From Arenimonas sp. (GTDB lineage: Bacteria; Pseudomonadota; Gammaproteobacteria; Xanthomonadales; Xanthomonadaceae): a stretch of 64,000 nucleotides of DNA. Made by a program: the position numbers and the translations under genes. Under the pieces are notes generated by a model, which was given only the letters and a program-made list of their open reading frames with translations, ran no database searches and had not been told where the DNA came from. This document shows positions 51,027 to 59,432 of the stretch, in pieces. Numbering within the stretch: position 1 is the stretch's first letter; each line of letters opens with the position of its first letter. The stretch spans positions 13,862 through 77,861 of the forward strand of contig NZ_JAYRTE010000006.1 in NCBI RefSeq assembly GCF_041919775.1, in the 5' to 3' direction.

Positions 51027-52079
51027 ATGGCCAAGGGCATGAACGCCGGGGCCGCGCATCCGCCGGCGCAGGTGAGCCACCCGCCGCGCGCGCGACGCGG
51101 GTTCGTCTTCCTGGTGATTGCCGTCGCCGTGGTCGCAGGCAATGCCTGGCTGGTGCGTAACTATCCGTCCTTCGCCGAGGGGCCGGCGCCGGAATGGCCG
51201 GTGATGTTCGACCTGCTGCTGTTCCTGCCTGCACTCTATTTCGCGCTGAACTGGCGGCAGGGAAAGACCGCCGCGCTGAAGGCGCTGGGCATCCTTGGCC
51301 TGGGCGCCCTGGCGGGCAGCCTGATCCTGCCGCCCGAAAGCAAGGTAGCGTGGAGACTGGTCGAAGACCTGCGCTTCGTCGCCATCGCGCTGGTGCTGGC
51401 CTTCCAGCTTGGCGTGCTCGTCCTCTTGCTGCGGGAAGCCGCGCGCAGCCAGCACGACCAGAACCTCGAGCTCGCGCTGGCGCAGGCCATCGGCAAGCGC
51501 TTCGGCCAGGACGGGTTTGCGCGCCTGCTGATGCTCGAGAGCCGCATCTGGCTGTACGGCCTGTTCCGGCGACCGGTGCGCCACGCCTTCCCGGGCCTGC
51601 GCCATTTCCATGTCGGCAAACAAGGGTTGAATGCGGACAACCAGAAGGCCTTCCTGTTCCTTATCGGCGCGGAAATCCCGATCGCGCACTTTTTGATCCA
51701 CCTGTTCAGCCCGACGGCGGCGCTGGTGGTCACCGCTCTGTCGGCCTATGGCTTCGTGTTCATGCTGGCCGAGTACCGGGCGACCTTGTTTCGGCCGGTC
51801 AGCGTCACGGAGCGCGGCCTGCACCTTCGGTATGGCGTGGCCAGTGATTTCGTCCTGCCCTGGGAAAATATCGCGTCGGTCGCGCCCACCCGGGGTCCGG
51901 TGCGCCGTGCCAAGGGGCTGGTTCGCCTGGTCGGCATGGGGGAGGCGAACGTGGCCATCGAGCTGGTGCCCGGGACCGTGGTCGACGGTCTGTTCGGGCC
52001 GCGGGAGGTCGGGCGGGTGCTGCTGGGCGTGGATGAACCTGCGGCCTTGATCGAGGAGATTCGCGCGAGGCTGTGCTAG
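51027..52079 (+). CDS. hypothetical polytopic membrane protein with soluble C-terminal domain
   Basis: Several hydrophobic helices (FVFLVIAVAVVAG, LLLFLPALYFAL, ALVLAFQLGVLVLLL, ...). C-terminal GLHLRYGVASDFVLPWENIASV region. Start uncertain. Confidence 0.55.
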   Translation: MAKGMNAGAAHPPAQVSHPPRARRGFVFLVIAVAVVAGNAWLVRNYPSFAEGPAPEWPVMFDLLLFLPALYFALNWRQGKTAALKALGILGLGALAGSLILPPESKVAWRLVEDLRFVAIALVLAFQLGVLVLLLREAARSQHDQNLELALAQAIGKRFGQDGFARLLMLESRIWLYGLFRRPVRHAFPGLRHFHVGKQGLNADNQKAFLFLIGAEIPIAHFLIHLFSPTAALVVTALSAYGFVFMLAEYRATLFRPVSVTERGLHLRYGVASDFVLPWENIASVAPTRGPVRRAKGLVRLVGMGEANVAIELVPGTVVDGLFGPREVGRVLLGVDEPAALIEEIRARLC

Positions 52080-52112
52080 TTTCGCCGGCATTGATCAGGG
52101 CAGGGGATACCC

Positions 52113-52838
52113 ATGGAACAGGAAAACGCGCCGGCCGCGGCGGAAGCACGCCGGCCGGGTCTGATTGCGCGGGCGGTGACGCGGGTGCGCAACTTCCGGA
52201 ACGACACCATCGAGCTGTTCCGCAAGATCCGCAAGGCGCCGACCCAAAGCCTCACCGTCTCCCTGATCCTGGTCTTCGCGGGCTGGGTCGGCGAGGACGG
52301 CTACCACTGGGCCAAGGCCAAGGTGATCAACCAGGAGACGGCGATCGACCGGATCGCGTCCCAGCAGAAGGAAGAGTTCGAGGCGCTGCGGGCCTCGCTC
52401 GACGCGCTGCGCGGGGATATCCGCGGCTCAGGCCTGGGCGACGCCAAGGACGCCGTCCGCGCCCTCGAGCGCCTGGCCAACTCCAACCTCGACAAACTGC
52501 GCCTCGCCCAACAGGAAAACGACAAACTCCGCGCCGCCCTTGCCGGCGCCGGCAAGGTGTCCGACGGCTACGACGCGCTGCTGTCCGAACAGGAATCGAT
52601 GCAGCTGGATCCGGGCACGGTGCTGGGGGTGAACAGCATCACGGACACCCATGTCTGGCTGACCTTCTCCACGCCGGAGACTTCGGAGAAGCCGAAGTAC
52701 GGCAACTACCGGCCCGGGGAATCCATCCCCTTTGTCCGTCGGACGGGGGAGAAGTGCCTGGTGTCGGTGCTTTCGCTGCGCGAGGGGGTTAATGCGGCTT
52801 CGTTTGCGGTTAGTTGCGAGGATGGGGCCAAGGTCTAA
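52113..52838 (+). CDS. hypothetical single-pass membrane coiled-coil protein
   Basis: TM segment SLTVSLILVFAGWVG, then a heptad-like helical stretch (EEFEALRASLDALRGD...LDKLRLAQQENDKLRAAL), then a beta-rich C-terminus. Confidence 0.55.
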   Translation: MEQENAPAAAEARRPGLIARAVTRVRNFRNDTIELFRKIRKAPTQSLTVSLILVFAGWVGEDGYHWAKAKVINQETAIDRIASQQKEEFEALRASLDALRGDIRGSGLGDAKDAVRALERLANSNLDKLRLAQQENDKLRAALAGAGKVSDGYDALLSEQESMQLDPGTVLGVNSITDTHVWLTFSTPETSEKPKYGNYRPGESIPFVRRTGEKCLVSVLSLREGVNAASFAVSCEDGAKV

Positions 52839-53010
52839 GCACTTAGCCGAGGAGCCTAGGGCTGACTCGCGAATAGAAGTAGATGGAGCATTGGATCAGG
52901 CTGCGGCGAGGAATTGCGCTGAAGCTGGATCGGCCCATTTCTGAGTTGCAAAGATGCAGTGCAGTACTGAGTTCGAGGCGCGAAAAAGCGCTCTCCACAG
53001 GGGGGGTAAC

Positions 53011-53907
53011 ATGGTTTCAAGTAAAGGGCGAGGCGAATCAGCGGAGGCAACACATTTCGCTGAATCCAAGTCGCGGGTTATTGCTAGTGCTGCTGCACTT
53101 TACAGCGCGCTGGCACCCCAGGCGGACTTGAGCTCAAGGGCAACCTTTTCACTGCTATCCTCGATCACGCTAATCGGCGTATCGCTGGCGGAAACCAAAC
53201 CCCAAACTGTACAACTTCTAGGGTTCACTTTTCAGAACCAGAGCTGGCTTGTTCTTGCAGGGACTTTGGCTCTTGTAGTTGCCTATTCAGTCGCCCTGTT
53301 GCTGCTTGCGTGGAGAGTGGAGTTGCGGCGACGCAGGTACGTAGCTGGTCCGGCTGCATTGAACTTGTCAATCGAGCTGAATTCACTGTCTGAGACAATC
53401 CCGGAGAAGATTCGAACTAAGTTGGATCTGGTGTTAGCTGACATAGAGCGGATCCAAGGTGATGCCAAGGAGTTCCAATCGACATACGAGGCGAAACTGG
53501 CCAATCTTGATTCGGAGGAGGCTGAACTCAAAGAGCGCCTACAGCGCAATGAGGCTGATCTGGCACTCGCGTACCGGGAGGGAAGGATTTCGATGCAAGC
53601 CATGCTCCAAGGTTTTTCGGACGGATACGAGGAGCAAAAAGAACTGCGGGAAAAGAGATTCAGGTTGAGATCAGAACAGGTAAGCAGAGGCGTATCTATT
53701 GGGCGTCAGTTGTCTGAATTGACCGAAGAGCATGGACGGTTCCATGAACTCCGGAGCGCCGAAATGAATTATGTGAAGGAGATGGCCAGAGAAATCGTGC
53801 TTGCGGGGGAGCTGAGTCTATATATGACTCGGTTAGGGCTCACCTTCCCAATTTTAGTTGCTGTGGCCGGATGGGCGACGTTTGCGTACAACGCTTTTCT
53901 CGGTTGA
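53011..53907 (+). CDS. hypothetical membrane coiled-coil protein (low-GC patch)
   Basis: Two central TM segments, a long charged coiled-coil (EAKLANLDSEEAELKERLQRNEADL...) and a C-terminal TM pair. G-rich RBS before the ATG at 53011; the ORF opens at 52954. Confidence 0.5.
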   Translation: MVSSKGRGESAEATHFAESKSRVIASAAALYSALAPQADLSSRATFSLLSSITLIGVSLAETKPQTVQLLGFTFQNQSWLVLAGTLALVVAYSVALLLLAWRVELRRRRYVAGPAALNLSIELNSLSETIPEKIRTKLDLVLADIERIQGDAKEFQSTYEAKLANLDSEEAELKERLQRNEADLALAYREGRISMQAMLQGFSDGYEEQKELREKRFRLRSEQVSRGVSIGRQLSELTEEHGRFHELRSAEMNYVKEMAREIVLAGELSLYMTRLGLTFPILVAVAGWATFAYNAFLG

Positions 53908-54071
53908 CTTTATGCGGCTTAAAGATGGTGCCTTTCCTGAATCCGAGCTGCGTTAAACACTCATCGATATCTTTCTCATGGCAAGGCCTGATATATCCCG
54001 GTTTGCGCTCTTGGAGTTGGTGGGAGCGACTGTGTGTTTGCACGGTTTGGCGCGCCGCTCCCTCTCTCGCT

Positions 54072-55973
54072 TCAACCCGCGCCGGCCTTGGAACCAGCCC
54101 GCAGCGTCATCCGAACCTCCACCGACCCAACAAAGTCCTCGCGGGTCATCGGACTCCACGACCAGGGATTGAGCGTCTCGACCGCCTCATCGCCCGAGAT
54201 CGGTCTCACTGACCCCAACCGCAGGTACTTGTAGCCTTTCCAGCCAGTGCCGGTGTTCTGGATGAAGGCGTAGACATCCGAGTCGTTCCTCTCCATGAAA
54301 AATACCTGCGGCCCTACCGGCGGGATGGGAACATTGAGGCCCCGCTTCGCCTGCGCCCGTGCCTTTACCTGCGCCGAGACGGCCTCGAGAAGCTTCTCGG
54401 CGAAGGCAACTTCTTCCGCGTCGGGTGCCCGGTTCAACGATCGCGCGAGTTCAGCCAGCCTTACGCCTTCGCGCCCGAGTTGGATGGCCACCGAGGCGCG
54501 CCTCCTGTCGGTGGCGACATCCCGGAGGCTGAAGATGAGCAGCTCGCCGTCCGCGCAGCGCCTGGCGTAGCGGTCGGCGCAGTGGCGCATGGCGATGGCC
54601 TCTTCAGCCAGTTCCCGGCCATTGGCCAGGGCTAGGGCGTACAGGCCACCGTCTTCAAGCTTGGGAACGAGCACGGGCCAGGACAGGCTCTCGCTCCGCG
54701 CCCTGATGCGACGTTCGTCGTCGGCAGCCTCGCGCTTCGCCGTGCCCCAGTAGCGCACGGGAGTAGTCTCGTTGGCTTGGGCATAGTTCGCCGCCCACCG
54801 CACGACTGGGCCCCATTCGTTCTCGATGAATTCCGCGCCTTTCCCCACCTTCGCGGCCCGGTGGTAGCGTTCGATGGCCTGGCGAGTGGCCCTCGCAGTC
54901 ACCGGCCAGACGACCGGGGGCACCACATGGCCGCGCGCCGGGTCCACGAAGGTTCTGGCCAGCGGCTCCCAGAGCGCCCGCGGGATGTGCACGCCTTCCG
55001 GCAAGCCGTCATGCAGCTTGGCCCAGTCGGTGAGGAAGGCGCAGAGGTGTTCCAGGGAACCGATCAACCCTTCCCGGTACATCTGCCACACGGGCTTGGC
55101 TGGGTCGTGCATCAGGAAGCGCCACTTGGCCGGAAGCAGGCCCTCGACGGCCACCGTTTGCCGGAACTTGGCCCAGTCCAGGCGACGCGGCTCGACTTTC
55201 CCGTGGCTGATCAGTTCGCCATAGAGCGGAACCAGGGCCGGGGCGATCCGCTGCAGTTCCAGCAGGGCCTCGCGATGCGCGAGGCAAAGGTTCCACCAGT
55301 TGGAAGGTACATCGTTGTTCCGGTGGCTTCGGGGACGGGCGCGACGGGCGACTTCCAGGAGCACTGGATCGACGCAAAGCGCCTCACGCAGACGTCGGCG
55401 CATTTGCAGGCCGTCAATGCACCGGCGGGCCAGGCACTCCATCACGCCCGCAAGCCAGTCCAGCGCCTGAGTCCTCAGATCACAGGCTTCCGGGTTGCGG
55501 CCGCCCAACTCTTTTGGCCCCTGCGTGCGGATGGCCTCCATCAGGGGTGCCACGGCCTCGGGTTCCCGCAGGGCTATCAGCCGCGCCCAGGTCCAACTGG
55601 GGAAGGGGGTGCCCACCTCGACTGGAATAGGCTCATAACCACCGACGGATCGCGGCATCTCTGCAGACACCTTCCCGTCAGCAAGGATCCGGTAGCGCAC
55701 CGTGTCGCAATGCACGATGACGCGGGCGTCAGACTCCTGCTCGATCCGCAGCCCCTGCCGAAAGCGCGCCAGCCAAGCTGACCACAAGGGCCGGACCGCC
55801 TCCCGAAGCGCGCGTTGCAGCCCTCGTCGCACGAATTTCGCGGGTACCGGGAGGCCCCGAGCCCAGGCGGTCATGTCTGCCGGCATGGGTCGCCGGGGCC
55901 TTGTCAGCAGACAGGCGTCGAGAGAGATGTGGGCGATGACGTCGCCCGGCGGGATGCGCTCAATCGATGACAT
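54072..55973 (-). CDS. PcfJ-like domain protein
   Basis: ELAEEAIAMRHCADRYARRCADGELLIFSLRD matches the PcfJ-like core (EG..M.HC...Y......G....fSlR) as recalled. GGAGAAG RBS before the ATG at 55973; 633 aa. Confidence 0.65.
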   Translation of the reverse strand: MSSIERIPPGDVIAHISLDACLLTRPRRPMPADMTAWARGLPVPAKFVRRGLQRALREAVRPLWSAWLARFRQGLRIEQESDARVIVHCDTVRYRILADGKVSAEMPRSVGGYEPIPVEVGTPFPSWTWARLIALREPEAVAPLMEAIRTQGPKELGGRNPEACDLRTQALDWLAGVMECLARRCIDGLQMRRRLREALCVDPVLLEVARRARPRSHRNNDVPSNWWNLCLAHREALLELQRIAPALVPLYGELISHGKVEPRRLDWAKFRQTVAVEGLLPAKWRFLMHDPAKPVWQMYREGLIGSLEHLCAFLTDWAKLHDGLPEGVHIPRALWEPLARTFVDPARGHVVPPVVWPVTARATRQAIERYHRAAKVGKGAEFIENEWGPVVRWAANYAQANETTPVRYWGTAKREAADDERRIRARSESLSWPVLVPKLEDGGLYALALANGRELAEEAIAMRHCADRYARRCADGELLIFSLRDVATDRRRASVAIQLGREGVRLAELARSLNRAPDAEEVAFAEKLLEAVSAQVKARAQAKRGLNVPIPPVGPQVFFMERNDSDVYAFIQNTGTGWKGYKYLRLGSVRPISGDEAVETLNPWSWSPMTREDFVGSVEVRMTLRAGSKAGAG

Positions 55974-56110
55974 CGGTCTTCTCCAGAAGTCCCGGACGCC
56001 CCGCCGGGGCGGGGCTTTAGCTGCATTTATGAGTCGCCCGCAAGTTGTCCGATAAATCGGCGACGGGGCCCGTGCCCCATGGACGCAGTGTGCGCCCGGT
56101 GTGTCTCAGA

Positions 56111-56764
56111 TCACGCGACCAAGCTGTTCTTCCGTAGCGGTACGCGAGACTTGGCGCCGGCAGCCTTGTGGATCTGCCCCACGGCGCGATCGAACTCATG
56201 GGCGAGTTCATGCAGGCGCGAGCTTTTAGCTCCTGCCCGCTTCAGAAGAACCTGGGAGATCGCTTCGTAATACTGCAACGTGCCCAGCTTCCCAGCCGTG
56301 AAACGTCGGAATACGCCCATTCCCGCCTTGCCATGGAGGTCGGCCAGGATGGCTCGGGCGTTGTGGAGCTTGTCGCAGGCCGTTACCAACAGCGACGTTC
56401 TGCTTTCGGCCTTGATGTGGGAAATGTACTTGAGCTTCCGCCTCGTCCAGTTCGTCACCTTGTCCTCCGTGGTCGCTGCCTTGCCCTCCGCAGTCCCGTC
56501 GGTGCAGTCCTTGACGATCGTGGCCACGGCGTCGCCGAACTGGGCCCGGATGGTGGCTTCGTGCGCGGCCCCGCAATCTTCCAGCACGTCGTGCAGCAGG
56601 CCCGCAATGGCCTGGTCCTCCGTGCCGCCGTACTCCAGCACCAGGCTCGAGACGCCAAGCAGGTGGTAGATGTAAGGAATCTTCGAGCCCTTGCGGAACT
56701 GGGCGGCGTGGGCGATGCGGGCGTAGTCGATCGCTTGGGTGTAGCGATGGGTCAGTGCCGTCAT
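56111..56764 (-). CDS. HD_4 (RelA/SpoT-type) metal-dependent hydrolase, small-alarmone-hydrolase-like
   Basis: AIDYARIAHAAQFRKGSKIPYIYHLLGVSSLVLEYGGTEDQAIAGLLHDVLED is the SpoT-hydrolase His...HD signature. AGGAGA RBS. Confidence 0.8.
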   Translation of the reverse strand: MTALTHRYTQAIDYARIAHAAQFRKGSKIPYIYHLLGVSSLVLEYGGTEDQAIAGLLHDVLEDCGAAHEATIRAQFGDAVATIVKDCTDGTAEGKAATTEDKVTNWTRRKLKYISHIKAESRTSLLVTACDKLHNARAILADLHGKAGMGVFRRFTAGKLGTLQYYEAISQVLLKRAGAKSSRLHELAHEFDRAVGQIHKAAGAKSRVPLRKNSLVA

Positions 56765-56782
56765 GGGTCCATTCTCCTGTCT

Positions 56783-57799
56783 TCAATGCGTGTCGGTTTC
56801 GGGGGTGCGGGCAAAGATGGTCCCTTCCAGGAAGCTGGTGGCCTCCTTCGGTGCCAAGGTCCGCACGAAGAATTCGCGGTACTTCTCCGTCGAGCTGATC
56901 CCGATGCCGCGGCCCAGCGGTCGCGTCCAAAGGGTGACATGCGGCGCCGTTGGCGCCAGGTAGGCACCAGAGGCCTCCGAAAGGCGCTGGCGGAAGGCGT
57001 TGAGCGCCGGGCACTCCACCGGCGTGACCACGCTGTACTCCAAGCCTGCAGGTTTGTTCTCGTGCAGAAGGACCGCTTCGCCCGAGGGACTGAGCGTCCA
57101 GTGCAGGGCGTCGAAGGCTTCCTTCCAGGCCTCTTCGGGCAGGTGGGCCACCAGCTCGTTGGCTTCGTCGGACGAGAGCAGGGTCAGGTGAAGCTCGCGC
57201 TTTGGCACCATGGGTAGCCAGTCCAGGACCTGGGGCGAGGGGAGCGGGCCCTTGCGGGCTTGCGGCAGCGGCAGGATGACCGAACCAGTTGAACTTCGCC
57301 CGGGCCATGCCGGCGGCCGGGTGGTGGCAAAGAGCGGGTCGGGTGGAGGGGCTGTGGCGGCTTGCAACTCAATACGAGGCGGACCCGTCGGTGCGCAGTC
57401 GGGCCAATTGCCCCGATAGATGGCCGCCACCAGGCGCAGCAGGGGCGAGGTCGGTTGCCCCTTGGCAGAGGGCGTCCAGAAGCTGAGCCCGATCGAGTCT
57501 TCCACGACGGCACCGCCACCCGGGCCCCGCAGCGTGATCTGCATGTCGGTGCCGTCGACCACCAACCCTGGCCGCTCTTGCCCTGGGTCGGGCTGGGCGA
57601 GCGTATCCCGGCACAGCGTTCGGAGTGATTGGCTCTGCTCCTCATCGAGTGCGAGCCACGGCCGCCAGTTCTCGTCGCTGGCAGAACGCATGCGACCTGG
57701 GGTGCCATCGACCGGCAGCTCGAATTCCCAGTACTTGGCAGTTCTTGACAAGAGAAAAGTGACTGAGGCGACAAGGTGAAAGGCGTGGGACGACGTCAT
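56783..57799 (-). CDS. unknown N-terminal domain fused to a LigT-like 2H phosphoesterase domain
   Basis: Two H-x-T-x motifs about 80 aa apart (ELHLTLL and APHVTLWT), with an upstream VILPLP strand as in LigT. The start ATG at 57799 overlaps the upstream stop (ATGA). The N-terminal ~180 aa are unrecognised. Confidence 0.6.
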   Translation of the reverse strand: MTSSHAFHLVASVTFLLSRTAKYWEFELPVDGTPGRMRSASDENWRPWLALDEEQSQSLRTLCRDTLAQPDPGQERPGLVVDGTDMQITLRGPGGGAVVEDSIGLSFWTPSAKGQPTSPLLRLVAAIYRGNWPDCAPTGPPRIELQAATAPPPDPLFATTRPPAWPGRSSTGSVILPLPQARKGPLPSPQVLDWLPMVPKRELHLTLLSSDEANELVAHLPEEAWKEAFDALHWTLSPSGEAVLLHENKPAGLEYSVVTPVECPALNAFRQRLSEASGAYLAPTAPHVTLWTRPLGRGIGISSTEKYREFFVRTLAPKEATSFLEGTIFARTPETDTH

Positions 57800-58317
57800 G
57801 GGGTTTGTTCCATGGCGGCAAGGGCTGCCCGCAACGTCGATCCATCGTCCGGTCGCGGCTGGGGCCCGCTGGCCTCGAATACCGTGCCGGCGAGGCACGC
57901 AGCGTTCAACATCGCAGCCACGCGCCGCAGTCCGCCGGTCGACTGTTGCCAGCGTGATTCGCAGACCGGGCAACTGAAATCCAGGCCACCCACGGACGGA
58001 TGGCCTCCCGCCGACACCAGGTAAGCGGTATTGCGGCAGGCGGGGCAGGGCTGCGTGCCGGGCGGGCCGCCGGACCAAAGCAGGCGCAGCGCCCCGATCG
58101 GCAGGGGTGACTGGCCGGGGCCGTAGCCGAGATTTCCATGCCGTTGCGGGAACGGTAGCCAGGGATCGGGCGCCAGTCCCAGGGACCACGTAGCTTGCAG
58201 GGTCCGGACGAGCGCGGCCGTCCCGGGGTCGCGTTGGCCCCCGGTCAGCGGCTGCACTGACGGGGCGATGGATGTCGAAGGGGTGTGGAGCGGGGTATTG
58301 CGGTCGAACGAAGCCAT
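57796..58317 (-). CDS. hypothetical small Zn-ribbon protein
   Basis: CPAC-x22-CPVC pair. GAGGAG RBS 7 nt before the ATG at 58317; 173 aa; Pro/Gly-rich N-terminal half. Confidence 0.5.
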   Translation of the reverse strand: MASFDRNTPLHTPSTSIAPSVQPLTGGQRDPGTAALVRTLQATWSLGLAPDPWLPFPQRHGNLGYGPGQSPLPIGALRLLWSGGPPGTQPCPACRNTAYLVSAGGHPSVGGLDFSCPVCESRWQQSTGGLRRVAAMLNAACLAGTVFEASGPQPRPDDGSTLRAALAAMEQTP

Positions 58318-58711
58318 TGGCGGTCTCCTCGGATGGGAGGGACATCGCCCCGGCGAACCGAAGGCGAACGCTTTACCAGTACTTGTAGATCGCCCTGGAA
58401 GTTGTCCCTTAAACCGGCGATATCGCTGTGGGGCGACAGGGATAGATTGGCGTACGGGAGTCTCATATGTCGAGAATGCCCAAGGCCGATGAATCGGCTG
58501 CCACCCTAGTACTCTCCCGGAAAGTGGCCGAAGAGCCTGGACTCCCGATTCCCCACGGCTTGGTTGCAGTACTTCTGCGCACGGACGAAGAATCGCTCCC
58601 AGGCTTCTCCGAGGCTCCGGTAGTCCGACATCATCTTCATGAAGGAATCCACGGCATCGCCGCGGTTGGAAGTGAATCGCCCCGGCTTCTCCGGAGGTCA
58701 TTTCGTTTGAG

Positions 58712-58906
58712 TCACGCCGCGATGGCGTGACCCGTGTTGCCGGCGTAGTACGCCGCCTCCGCTTCCGCCGGGGGTATGTTGCCGATCGGCCCCAGCAGTC
58801 GCTGGTTGTTATACCAGTCGACCCAACCCAAGGTCTCCCATTCCACCTCCTCCCGGCTGCGCCAGGAGCGGCGGTTCGTAACCTCGGTCTTGAACAGTCC
58901 GATCAC
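58712..58906 (-). mobile_element. IS3-family transposase C-terminal fragment (remnant)
   Basis: GLFKTEVTNRRSWRSREEVEWETLGWVDWYNNQRLLGPIGNIPPAEAE is the end of an rve integrase-core domain. No upstream transposase sequence is present. Confidence 0.7.
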
Positions 58907-59244
58907 CGTTTCGGCCGGTCCAGTGCCGCTGCAATCTCCCGATATGACTGGCCAATCGCGAGCCGACGAGAAATCTCCTCGCGCTCAGCCAAGCTCAGTA
59001 CGCGTAGTGACCGATGCCGCTCCCGAGGCGCTATGCCTCCCTGCGACGCCAAAACCCCGAATATCGAGCCTGGGTTCTTATCGAAGTAGCGCGCTATGTC
59101 GCTGAGTGATTGCCCGCACCGCCACCGACGCCACAATTCCCGTTTCTGAGCCTGGGACATCCCGGGCCGGCCCGTTCTAGCCATTTCAATGCGCTCCCAT
59201 CAGTGCAAATGTGAATCATGTTGCATTGACGGGTTGAACTCACC
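58903..59244 (-). mobile_element. IS30-family remnant: N-terminal HTH part of the transposase plus a probable left inverted repeat
   Basis: GRPGMSQAQKRELWRRWRCGQSLSDIARYF...LSLAEREEISRRLAIGQSYREIAAALDR matches the IS30 HTH region. It is cut off after 93 codons. Upstream GGTGAGTTCAACCCGTCAATGCAACAT resembles the IS30 IRL from memory. Confidence 0.6.
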
Positions 59245-59432
59245 GCAGCCTTTATTTGCTTTGATGAGGCAGTTGACTGGGCTTCGATAAAGAAACTTTT
59301 CTACCAATCAAACAATTGTGACGACTAAGATGGAGACTGGGATGAATAGTTATCAACCATCCAGGTCGATCCTCTTGTAAGGTGCCCACGGAGCCGGCAG
59401 TAAGCCGGGCGCGTCGAAATCTAGCTTCGCCT

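Noticed and set aside
55998-56015. GC-rich palindrome GCCCCGCCGGGGCGGGGC between the HD hydrolase and PcfJ-like genes, as a possible terminator.
   Set aside because: The central loop would be only ~2-4 nt. No T-run follows on the coding (minus) strand. It may attenuate transcription, but it cannot be called a terminator.
57800-58345. N-terminal 182-codon extension of ORF 56783..58345, and the similar upstream extension of ORF 57796..58701.
   Set aside because: The extensions are Arg/Pro-rich and overlap the better-supported Zn-ribbon gene in another frame. Internal ATGs at 57799 (ATGA coupling) and 58317 (GAGGAG RBS) give cleaner gene models.
58318-58711. Short open frame on the minus strand encoding …GRFTSNRGDAVDSFMKMMSDYRSLGEAWERFFVRAQKYCNQAVGNRESRLFGHFPGEY*.
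   Set aside because: It looks protein-like but has only ~44 codons from the first Met, with no RBS or family match. It is probably the 3' remnant of a gene destroyed by the IS insertions. The evidence is insufficient to annotate it.
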